From assembly GCA_028826165.1 (NCBI GenBank), contig JAPDFW010000110.1:122290-186289 (forward strand): a stretch of DNA of 64,000 bases, in the 5' to 3' direction. The notes below the pieces were generated by a model, which worked only from the letters and a program-made list of their open reading frames with translations, was not told the DNA's origin and did no database searches. Source of the DNA: Anaeramoeba ignava BMAN. Lineage: Eukaryota > Protista > Anaeramoebae. A program made the translations under genes and the position numbers. Shown in pieces: positions 23,067 through 34,608 of the stretch (the stretch's first letter is position 1; each line of letters opens with the position of its first letter).

Positions 23067-26000
23067 ATGAATTTAGAACAAATAAGTAAAAAACAAGTTG
23101 AACCAGCTGAAATAAAAAGAGATTGGGAATATTATATTGAGCATAAATGTTCTTGGGAAAAACTACCAAATTCTGTTCAATTAAAACTTGGAAGTAATAA
23201 ACTTGTTTATGAAAATTATATAAGACAATATAGTATTGAACATCAATTAAGATGGAGTGATAATTTAATATCAAAAATTGGTCCAAATGAAGAAACTTAT
23301 TATAATTCCCTTATAGAATATTCAATTGCTCATTATATGGTTTATATTATAAATTTAAAATTCATTTATAAATTTAAAATTAATTTATAATTAAAATTCA
23401 TTTATAAAATTAAAATTCATTTATAAATTTAAAATTCATTTATAAATTTAAAATTAAAATTAAAATTCATTTATAAATTTAAATTCATTTATAATTTAAA
23501 ATTCATTTATAAATTAAAATTCATTTATAAATTAAAATTCATTTATAAATTAAAAATTCATTTATAAATTTAAAATTCATTTATAAATTTAAAATTCATT
23601 TATAAATTTAAAATTCATTTATAAATTTAAAATTCATTTATAAATTTAAAATTCATTTATAAATTTAAAATTCATTTATAAAATTCATTTATAAAATAAA
23701 TGTTTTTTGTTAATTTAGTTGTATCCTTATCATATAAGTGATGTTTTAATTGGTGGATTTAGAATTACTCCATTTAAATATTATCATAGAATGATGTGGA
23801 AAGTTATGGCTTCAGGTTTTTTTCTTTTTTTTCTTTTTTTTTTTTTTTTCTTTCCTTTCTTGTTATTGAAAATTTTTTATTTTATTTTATTTTATTAAAT
23901 AGAAAAACCTTATGATAGCATTCCAAATTTTACAGCTTCAGATTGTATAATTATATTATAATTTTATTTTATTATTTAAATTTTATTAATTTTATTTAAT
24001 TTTAAGGTGTTAGAATTCTTGGAATTGGAAGAAATCAATTTATTGAAATTATGAATCAATGTAGAGGAAGAAGTATTTGGCCTTTTAAAAAGAAAAATTC
24101 TCAAATTAAAGGTTTATTACCATCAGTTCCTTCTCGTCCAAGTTCAGAAGCTGAACCTTGGTGGATTGTTCATTTGAGTTCAATAACAGATGAAAATTTA
24201 AAAGTAAAATTTTTAATCAAAAAAAATTTTATAATTAAATTTATAATTTTATTTTTTAATTAAAAAAAAAAAAAAAAAAGAATTCATCTCCTAATGAAAA
24301 AAAAACTCTCGAAATTTTATCAACAAATGGTCCTCAATTAGCAAAAAATATTGATTTTGAATTATTACATATTCTTTATTCAAAAGGTCTTGTTTACTTC
24401 CAAGTTCCAATTATTGAAACTGATTATATAACAAGTGATTTTCAATTTGAATCCCAAAAAAAAACAAAAATAATTTTAATCTTTCTTTCTTTTTTTCTTT
24501 TAAAAAAAAAAGTTCCTCCTCTTAAAAATTTTGTTATGAACAGAATCTCAAATGATTATTTTGAAAAACTTTTATATAAAATATTTATTGCTTATGATGA
24601 ACGTTTAAATGTTAGACAAATTGCTGATCTTCTTGGAATTGATGAAAATATTGTTAAAGTAAAAAAAAATATATCAAATTATTTTTTTGTTTTCTAATTT
24701 TAATATATTTTTTATGTTAAATAGAACGCAATATCAATTTATTGTAGATTACATTTTGCAAAGAAGAAAAATCCTTTTAATGAAGTATTTATATTTTTTA
24801 AATTTTAATTTTAATTTAAATTTAAATTTTAATTTTAATTTTAATTTTAATTTTAATTTTAATTTTAAAGAAAAATCTCACAAAATTCCATAAAAGTTGG
24901 TCTTTAAAGTAATTATTATAAAACATGTCTTTTTTTTTAAAAAAGAAGAATATCAAAATTTTTATATCATTTCAAAAACAAAATAGAATGAAGAAAATTA
25001 TGAAAAAATCAAAAAGTTCAAAAATAACACAAGATTCAGAAAATGAAAATGAAAATACAAATACAAATACAAATACAAATAAAGAGAATAACGAAAATGT
25101 AAATGAAACAAATAGTAATAATGAAAATGATGTATTCATAAAACAATCAGAATCCGAACAAAGTATTGCTGAAAAATCAGATGTAGATTCAAAACAACAA
25201 ATAACATCAAAAAGAATAGCAATTTTTTTTGATTCTTCTTTACCTGCCTTTTTAATGGGAAATTTAACTCAAGGGTAAAAAAAAAAAGAAATGAAAAAAA
25301 AAAAGAACAATTTTTTTTCCATTAACATGAAAAATTTGTAAATAGATTAAAAAGTCATGCAGTTACTTTATTTGAAGTTGGAAAAATCACAAATGATCAA
25401 ATTGATCTTTTTTTAAATGAACTTGACAAAGTTGATTCAGCAATGGAAGGAGAAGCTAAACAATATTTTGAACATGCAATTACTTTAAGGGAAACATTGA
25501 GATTTTTTAGAAACATGAACATTTCTTTCCAAAATGAAGATAAAACAACCACAATCAATGGTTTAGATTTAATTCGTTCAGAAAGTGTTGCATGTCTTGA
25601 ATCAGATGTTCTTTATAAATTTTTAAATCGAAATTATGGAGTTGTATTTTCTATTATTCCATTAACATTTGAAATTGGAACAACAATTTCTTTATCAAAT
25701 CCTATTCATTTTGGAGCACCAATTCCTGAAGTATAAAAAAATAAAAATATAAATATAAAAATAAATTTAAAAATATTTAAATTTTTTTGCTTCATTTTAT
25801 TATATATAGATTAATTCACCTTGGTTCCGTTTATTTCTTTATAGCCGTGCTTGTTCAGGTCCTCCATCGTTATTTCTTATTAAAGGAACTCGATTAAAAA
25901 AACTTCCCAAAATTTTATCTGTATTATTAAATATTATTTAAATTTATATATCTATATTTATATATTTTATTTTAGGGTTATACAAAAATATCAATTATGG

Positions 26001-26722
26001 GATTCAATAGAGAAGTCTTAACATTCACATCAGGAAATATTCTTCCTCATATTAATGATAACTTAGTTGCATCCCCAATCCTTGTTCAAGCACTAGAATC
26101 AGAAACATCACAATACAAAGAATTAGCTGTTCCATTCCCACTAAAAGAACCAACAGAAGAAGAAATGAAAATGGAAATTAAAGAAAGTGAATATAATGAA
26201 TCAAATATGCATTTACATCCAGTTCTAAGAAAAGTCCAGGAAGAATTGAGCTTGGAAAAAAGTTTGGGAATCATTATTATGATTTATGTGCCAAAACTTC
26301 ATGTAGTTGAAAATTTCGATGAAAATCAAAATTTGAATCAAAAACAAGGCCAAAAAAATCAACAAAAAGAATTCCATTGGGTTCCTCTTGATATTCAATT
26401 TGGAATCCCCATTTTTAACACAAAACATAATGCTATCATCACCCAAAAAATGAAAGATACTAATTTTCTTTCACAAGAAAACTTACAATTACATTTAAGA
26501 AATATGAGAATATTGTGCTTAAGATTTTTGAAGTTCATTTCCTCATTTTGTGAACCAGAATCTCCTTTCAATTTTTCACCTAAAAAACAAAAAGAACAAG
26601 AAAACATTCCTGAATCTGTTTCTATTCTTGGCAAAATTATCCCATTACCTTCAAAACATGTTTTATTTTCAAAAAACAAAATTACATCTTTTTCACAATC
26701 AGAAACACTTAGGATGATTTAA
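23067..26722 (+). CDS. FAM91A1: FAM91A1 homologue (endosome-to-Golgi tethering factor), multi-exon
   Basis: Conserved motifs across exons: W..LP, YSIEHQLRW, LYPYHISD, RITPFKYY, YDSIPNFTASDC.R.LGIGRNQFI, VPPLKNFVMNR, KRIAIFFDSSLPAFLM-GNL, LKSHAVTLFEVGK, EGEAKQYFEHAITLRETL, FGAPIPE, WVPLDIQFGIPIF. Confidence 0.93.
23350..23695. repeat. Intronic 19-bp satellite AAATTCATTTATAAATTTA
   Basis: Fills intron 1 of FAM91A1. Confidence 0.9.
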
Positions 26723-26926
26723 TTAATTTAAACACAAAAACTTTTTTCTTCATTTTCTTCATTTTTTTCTTTTTTTCCAAACATTTTTTTTTCAAATTCC
26801 AATTTTAATTTTTTTCATTTTTTTCCTTTCACAAGAAAAGAAAACAAAACAAAACAAAATAAAACAAAACTTTTTTCTTCATTTCCTTTCTCTTTTTATT
26901 TATAAGTTCTAAAAATAAAAATTTAA

Positions 26927-29900
26927 ATGAAAAAAAGACAAACAAAACATTCATTAATTGATCTATCAGAATTAATCCAAAAAAATCAAAAAGAAAAAAC
27001 AGAAAATAACAAAAACAAGAAAAAAACAAAAGAATCAAAAGCAATAAAACCAATAACAATATATCATCATTCACCAAAATGTGAATATGATAAAGAAACT
27101 ATGAAAACACTTTTTGAATTCATTTCAAAAACAAAAAGAGATCAACAAAATTTTTCAATATTTCAAAAAGCAAATTCAAATACTTGTTCAAATTGCAACA
27201 CTCCATTCACAACCTTTTATAGAAAAAACATCTGCAATATTTGTTCAGAATCGTTTTGCAGCGATTGTTTAAAATTTGTGCCTTATTTCAGCTCAAAATT
27301 GCATGTTTGTTCAAAATGTGAAATTAAATGGAATAATTTTCTTCTTCAAAAATCAAGTGAAAATAATCAAAACATTTCCACAACCCCAAAAAATCATCAC
27401 AAAAAACCCAAGAAAAGCAAAAATTCCCACAAAGGAAACAATCAAGACAATTATTCCGAAAAGGATTCAACTTTTCAATGCACACTTTATCATCGTTTAC
27501 AGAAAAAAAAAGAAGAAAAAAAAAAGAACGGAAAACATCAACAAGATATGAAACTTCAAAAGGCTTACAGTCAAGCCCTAATCACAAATGAATCATCTCA
27601 AAATGACTTTGTAAATGTTCAGCCTCTTAGATATGAAGAAAAGTTTACGCCAACAACATTAATTATTCAATCAGCAAAAATTTCCCGTATAATTTAAATT
27701 TTAAATTTTAAATTTTAAATTTTTAATTTAATTTTTAATTTTTTAATTTCTTTAAAGCAAACTTTAAATACCCATCTTTCTCAGAAGTTCGCAATCTATT
27801 CCTTGAAAATTATGGTGAAAAAGACTCAAATCAACAAACATCAAACAAAAAATTTAGTAAAATGGATCCAATTTCAAAAATGCATTTTGATGCAATTTTG
27901 CAAGCTCACAAAAATCATTTCAACAGAATTTTAAACCATCTTTTTAAATCGCATGGAATTGATCCAAAGAAATGGCTTACTCCTGTTCTCTTTTTTGCCA
28001 AAGAATCTAATTTATGTCTAAATAAATACTTATATTCAAATACTATAAAATGCATTCAAGAAAATCAAGAGAAATTAGCACATCATAAATCTTCCAAAAA
28101 ATCAATATCAATCATTGATCAAAATAGGGATAAAATACCACAATTCTCAATGGATATCCGAGATTTTGTGAAAATTAAAAAAATCCCAGGATTTAACAAT
28201 GCAGACCATTCTCAATTTCTTACAGGTCTTGCATTTTCCAAAAATGTTCTTCATAAAGAAATGAAAATGTTCTTCAAAAAACCCAAAATTCTTTTATTGA
28301 AAGGATCTTTAGATTTCTGTTATAATTTATATTACGAAACTAAAAAACGGAGAAAAAATATGATCAATATATCAGACAATACTTATCATATTTACTCCAC
28401 AGAACAAGCTCTGCTTTCTGAAAATCGCCAACTTACCAAGATATTAAATTTGATAATTGCACTTAATCCAAATGTTGTTATTGTGGAGGATTCCATTTGC
28501 GAATTCGCAAGAACATTTTTGGCAAATCACAAAATCACCATCTTTGCAAATGTTAAGAGAAAAATTATGAAATGGATTTCAGATGTGACTGATGGTGAAA
28601 TTGTTCGCATTTCAAAAGCAAGATTAAAAACTGCAAATTTAGGAATTTGTGATGAACTTCGTGTAGTTAATTTCACAGTTTTTAAAGAGGAAAATGATAT
28701 AAATTTTAATGGAATTTTTAATGGAAATTTTAATGGGAATTTTACAGATAGTGATTCCCACATCCAAGCAAATCAACAACAAAAACAAAATAATCATGAA
28801 ATCACTCCCATATTTACATCAAATCCACCAAATTGCAAAATTAAATCAATTCTTTATATCCATAATTTAAATCAGCATCAATCGAAAAGATGCACAATTT
28901 TATTGCAAGGAGGAAATTGTAATGAACTTAAAAATGTTAAAGAAGTATTAAAATTTGCAATATATACTTATCGAAATTTACTTCTTGAATCACAATCATT
29001 ATTCGATTTCCATGGAACAGTTATTCATTTGCAGAATTTTGCAGAACATTATCCAGAAAATAGGAAATCAAAAATTTCATCAATTTCTCCATTCATTTCA
29101 TTTCAAAATCCAAATGAACCCAAATTAAGCCCAGATAAACGCCATCATCATCACCATCGCCATCAGAAAAAAATCAACAAAGAAAGTGATTCTGAGAAAA
29201 ATACAAATACTAAAAGTGATTCTGAGAAAAATACAAATACTTAAAAGTGATTCAACAGTGACTGAATCTGAACAAGAGGAACAAAATAAAATTTCAACAG
29301 AAAGTCCAGTTATAGAAATTAAATCAAATAACAACATCAATATTGAAAATTCACCCAAAAATTGGAAAACACCAAGAATATCCAAAACAAAAATCACAGT
29401 TTCAAATTTGTTGGAAAATCAGAACATTGTTACTCTTGTCGCAGATTTTAAAAATCCCCAAAACAAAACAAAAGAACTTGAAATCAAAAAGATCAACTAC
29501 TATTCTGAAAACGACATGACTCTTGGACAATTCCTGGAAAACGAATGTTTGTCAAAAGAACAAGAAGAAAAGCTTTCTCAACAAAAGGAAGAGAGTCAAC
29601 ATTTCTGGGAAGCTGCAAAAGGTCTTCTTCCCTCTCGTTACAAAAACTCAAATTTTGGTGATCAAGAAAGAAGAGCTCTTTCTGATTTTTTCCGAAGCTA
29701 TCTCCACAACGAAAGCTGTTTAACAATATTTGTACAGAAGCAAGGCATCAAAAAATTAATTCCTGACTCGGAAAATCGAGTCCAAATATGGAGCTATTGT
29801 CCCATTTGTCATGAACCAACAAAAACAATTCCAATTTCAAGAAAAACTTGGTTATTTTCTTTTGGAAAATTTTTGGAGCTCGCATTTTATGAAAATCAAG

Positions 29901-32833
29901 CAAAAACTCGTAACGATAAAGCCCCAAAATGCAAATGTAAGCATTCGCTTTATCAAGAACAGATACGATGTTTTGCTTATCGAAATATGATAGCTCAATT
30001 TGAACACAAAAAAATAACAATCTTCAAAATTCGTTTCCAACAACATAGAACAAATTATTCAGACATCATAACAAAATATTTCCTCAATTACAATTTCAGA
30101 CTCTTTGCTCGAATGGCCATCAATTCATACTTATTCATTTCATATTGTTTGAACCAATATATGAATTATATTGAAAATAATTGTTTATCAATAAAACTTT
30201 TCCAAGATGAGCAAATATCAGATATCGATCAACAAAAACTTCAAGAACTTGCAAATAAACCAAAACTAAATATTGTTTTGAAAGAAGATTCTTCAATTAA
30301 GGAAGAAAATAAGTCGTCAATAATTCTTTTTATTCAATCACTAGTTCAACATTTATTGAAATTACAATTTGATTTAAACAAAGAATTTGTTAAATTTTTG
30401 CAACTTTTACTTAAAATGAAAAATGAAGCCCATAATATTTTTGATATTAACTTGATAAAGCAAAATCTAATGAATAGCATCTTGACTTGGACAAGGATTT
30501 TACCAAATATTGTTCGAAAAATTCAGAATTATCGCAATCCAGAAGAAGCTGAAAAGTTATCAAACGAAGATTCATTAAATTCTAAAAAATTTTCTCGACA
30601 AACCAGTTTTTTATGGATGTCTCAAAATCGAAAAATTAATTTGTTTGTTGAGGAATTATTTCGTCAAGATGTTTCCAAAATTCTTGAAGAGTTTTCTTCT
30701 AAAGAGAATCCTTTCGAATCATTATTAAAAAAAATTAATGAACAAATTAATGAATTTCCTGAAAAGGATAATATAAAAAAGGATAATATAAAAAAGGATA
30801 ATATAAAAAAGGATAATATAAAAAAGAATAATGAAAAAAAATCAAATCAAGGTTATGAAATGGATAGAGATGATAGTAATATTAAGAAGAAGATAAGAAA
30901 TACAAAGAGGAAGAAGCTAAAGAAGAAAGATATAGATATAAATATAAATGAAATTGAAATTCAAAATCAAAATCAAAATCAAAATCAAAATCAAAATCAA
31001 AATCAAAATCAAAATCAAAATCAAAATCAAAATCAAAATCAAAATCAAAATCAAAATCAAAATCAATATCAAAATCAAAATCAAAATCAAAATCAAAATC
31101 AAAATCAAAACCAAAATCAAAATCAAAATCAAAATCAAAATCAAAATCAAAATCAAAATCAAAATCAATATCAAAATCAAAACCAAAATCAAAACAAAAA
31201 TCAAAATCAATATAAAAATAAAAATAAAGAAAATTTAAGAATTTGGACCGATCCAATATTTAAATCACCAGATTTCCTTCCTTTAGATTCTATCACAGGA
31301 TTATCTTTTCCAGAATTCATTCCACTAAGCACACCCACACCAAATGAAGAAATTAACAGAAATAAATTTGAAGAAATTAACAGAAATAATTTTGAAGAAA
31401 AATTTGAAGAAAATAAATTTGAAGAAAATAAATTTAAAGAAAAATCTGAAGAAAACAAATCTGAAGAAGATAAATCTGAAGAAAATACAAACAAAACAGC
31501 AAATGAACCAATAGAAAAAGAAGAAAATATAGATCTTGAAAGTGAAATTTCAAGTGATGAAGAAAATCTACTTGACGAAACCAAAAAAACAGAAAGATCA
31601 TCACATTTTGACGAATATTGCCTCGAAGAAATTCAAACAATATTAACTCAAGAATCAGAATCATTTATCATCAACGAATGCCATCGAAATGAAAGAATTA
31701 TTCCAATTTATCCACTTGAACCAACAAGTTTGATAGCATATGTTTTATCTTCAAAGGATTATCATAAACAACTAAAAAATTTAGGAGAACCAATTCTTAA
31801 TATTGATGAACCAAATGCACCCGAACTTATACAGAAAATACTTGTTTCAGAAGAAAAAGAGTCTGTTTCTTGCACTAATATCAATCCCGAAACCAACAGG
31901 AAATTTGAGTGCATTTGTTACTTTGCAAAATCTTTTGAGGCTTTAAGAAGATATTGTTGCATCGATAATTCCAATTCGGATGACAATTTTATTCAATCTT
32001 TATCAAGATGCAAAGTTTGGAAATCCTCAGGCGGGAAATCAGGATCATCTTTCTGGAAAACTTTTGACCAACGCTTTGTTCTTAAAAGCATATCTGGAGT
32101 TGAATTTAATTCATTTATCCAATTTGGAACAAAATATTTCAAATACATATCACAAAGTTTATTTGAAAAATACCCGACCGCATTGGTGAAAACACTAGGA
32201 TTATATAGCATTACTGTGTATCAAGATTCGTCAAAAGTTTCCTCAAAGTTTTTTATTTTGATGGAGAATTTATTTTATGGTCACAAAATTTGGAAAGTTT
32301 TTGATCTTAAAGGATCAACTCGAAGTCGATATATTAACCCAAACAAAAAAGACCCAAATAGCCCGATCCCAAGCACAACAGGAAACCAATTAGCTCACAG
32401 CAACTCAATGAGCAATAATCACTCGCAATTTTTTACTTCGCAAAGTCCTGTTTTACTGGATATTAATTTGATTGATTTTATTTATGGATCGCCTTTATTT
32501 TGTAACGAAAAAGATAAATCAATTCTCATGGTTTATATTTTGAATGATTCTTTGTTTTTATCAAGAAGAAATATTATGGATTATTCTTTATTAGTTGGGA
32601 TCGACCAAGAAACTGGGGAATTAGTTTGTGGAATTATTGATTATCTTAGAAAATTTACTTGGGATAAACATTTGGAATCATGGGTTAAAAAATCTACTTT
32701 AATTGGCAAAAAAGGAACTCCAACTATAATTTCCCCTGAACAATATAAAAATCGTTTTAGAGAAGCAATGAAAAAATATTTTGTTGCTGTTCCTTCTAAG
32801 TTTGATTTTCCAAAAAAGAAGAATTTGAAATGA
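26927..32833 (+). CDS. PIKFYVE: Fab1/PIKfyve PI3P 5-kinase (FYVE-like, CCT/TCP1-like, conserved Cys-rich, PIP kinase domains); intron 27687-27757; apparent +1 frameshift at about 29241
   Basis: Zinc finger CSNC...CNIC...CSDC...CSKC; VKIKKIPG, FSKNVLHKEM, CTILLQG, ELKNVKEVL; SFGKFLEL; GGKSGSSF, FDLKGS, IMDYSLLVG, GIIDYLRKFTWDK, PTIISPEQYKNRF. The phase-1 intron joins the first two ORFs. Confidence 0.93.
30960..31230 (+). repeat. Coding (CAAAAT)n, poly-(QN) tract in PIKfyve
   Basis: In frame within the 1215-aa ORF. Confidence 0.9.
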
Positions 32834-32887
32834 TTTTGAAAATTTCAATTAAATTGAATTAAATTAAATTAAAATTTTATTTAATTT

Positions 32888-34238
32888 TTAAATTAATTTA
32901 TTTTCAAATGGATTTGAATTAATATTATAATAAACAATCGTTGAATTTTCATCAATAATTGATAAAATAATTTCTTCTTGATTGTTTTCAAAAAATTTAA
33001 TTTTTTCCCATAAATCATTAAAACTAAAATTTTGATTTGTTTCAAAAGGAATGAATTTTTTAATTGAATCCTAAATTATATTTTTTGTTTTTTAATTTAA
33101 ATTTAAAATGAATTAAATTTTGTTATTTTTTTTTTTGATTTTCAAATGATTTTTTTTATACTTTGATTGTTTTCCTTCCTTTTAAATAATATAATTTGAT
33201 ATTTTCTTCAAAACAAATTTGAATATGTTCCCAAAATTTTAAATATTTTAAATCTTGCCAAATATGAAATAAAGGTATAGCTTGAGAAGGATAATTTTTA
33301 TGAATTGAAATGAATAAATCTTTTTCAAGAATTGATTTTGTGAATTTAAAGCATTCTTTCAAAAAATTTGAATTATTTTCTAATTGATTTTGTAAATTAT
33401 TCTTTAATTCATTAATAAATTCAAGTAATTCAGAAAATTTTATTGTTTTTGTTTTTATTTGATTATCAAAATTATTTGTTTTATAATTTATTTCAATTAA
33501 TTTTGTTGATATATCCTCAATTTTATCATCTAAATTCTCTAAAAATTTCAATTTAAAAATAATTTTAAATAAATTTTCATTTTGATTTTCATTTTGAATT
33601 TGATTTAAATTTTGATTTTGATTTTGATTTTGATTTTGATTTTGATTTTCATTTTTATTTTTATTTTGATTTTGATTTTTATTTTTATTTTGATTTTGAT
33701 TTTGATTTTGATTTTGATTTTGATTTTGATTTTGATTTTGATTTTGATTTTGATTTTGATTTTGATTTTGATTTTGATTTTGATTTTGATTTTGATTTTG
33801 ATTTTGAATTTGATTTTGATTTTGATTTTGATTTTGAATTTGATTTTGAATTTGATTTTGAATTTGATTTTGGTTTTGATTTAAATTTTGATTTTGAATT
33901 TGATTTTGATTTTGATTTTGAATTTGAATTTGATTTTGAATTTGATTTTCAAATTGATTTTGATTTTGATTTTGATTTTGGTTTTGATTTTGATTTTGAT
34001 TTTGATTTTCAAATTGATTTTGATTTTGATTTAAATTTAAATTTTGATTTTCAATTTCAATTTGATTTTCATTTTGATTTTGATTTTGATTTTCATTTTG
34101 ATTTTGATTTTGATTTAAATTTTCATTATCAATTTGAATTTGAATTTCCCAAAAATCTTGAACTTGTTTAAATTGTAGTTTTTCATTTTTAAATTTTAAA
34201 TTAAAGTTTTGTTGAAATTTTAGAAGGAAAGAAAACAT
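32888..34238 (-). CDS. SEN15: tRNA-splicing endonuclease subunit Sen15-like protein with long (NQ)n N-terminal extension; exons 34238-33162 and 33070-32888
   Basis: FHIWQDLKYLKFWEHI...LYYLKG spliced to FIPFETNQNFSFNDL...IILSIIDENSTIVYYNI, matching the Sen15 pattern (V.LDL...W ... LAIV..DSTIVYY). Confidence 0.8.
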
Positions 34239-34343
34239 TTTTATAATTAATTTGAAAAGAAGAAAAAAAATGAAAAAAAAATAAAAAATATTTTTTCATT
34301 TTTTTTATTTTCATTTTTTTAAATTAAATATAAAAAAAAAAAT
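34239..34343. promoter_or_regulatory. Putative bidirectional promoter for SEN15 (minus) and the snoRNA (plus)
   Basis: AAAATGAAAA (minus-strand TCATTTT) at about 34270 and two plus-strand TTTTCATTTT motifs at about 34297 and 34312. Confidence 0.45.
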
Positions 34344-34466
34344 AATAAAACAGAAAATGATGAATAAAAATAAGATGACGAGTCTGATTTTGGCAAGGAA
34401 TTTGATTGTTTTAATTAAATTTCCTATTTCATCTGATGTAATGAGTGTTTCTGATTCTGTTTTATT
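34344..34466 (+). ncRNA. SNORD15: Box C/D snoRNA, U15 (SNORD15)/snR75 family
   Basis: 12-bp terminal stem AATAAAACAGAA (34344-34355) / TTCTGTTTTATT (34455-34466); box C ATGATGA 34357-34363; guide AGATGACGAG then T and box D' CTGA 34384-34387; internal hairpin AGGAATTTGATT/AATTAAATTTCCT; C'-like CTGATGT 34433-34439; box D CTGA 34451-34454. The guide is antisense to the conserved LSU rRNA segment CUCGUCAUCU. Confidence 0.9.
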
Positions 34467-34608
34467 TATTATTATAAAATAAAAAAAATTTTTTTTTAAA
34501 ATTAAAATTTTTTTTTTAATTATAAAATTTTGAATTAAAAAATCAAATTGAAAAAATTGAATAAAAAATTAAAAAAAAAAAAAAAAAAGAAAATCAAATA
34601 AAAATCAA

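Noticed and set aside
29236-29246. Euplotes-style programmed +1 frameshift at ACT TAA in PIKfyve
   Set aside because: No AAA-TAR slippery site, the preceding repeat unit has a single T, and the other frameshifts in the window are not at stop codons.
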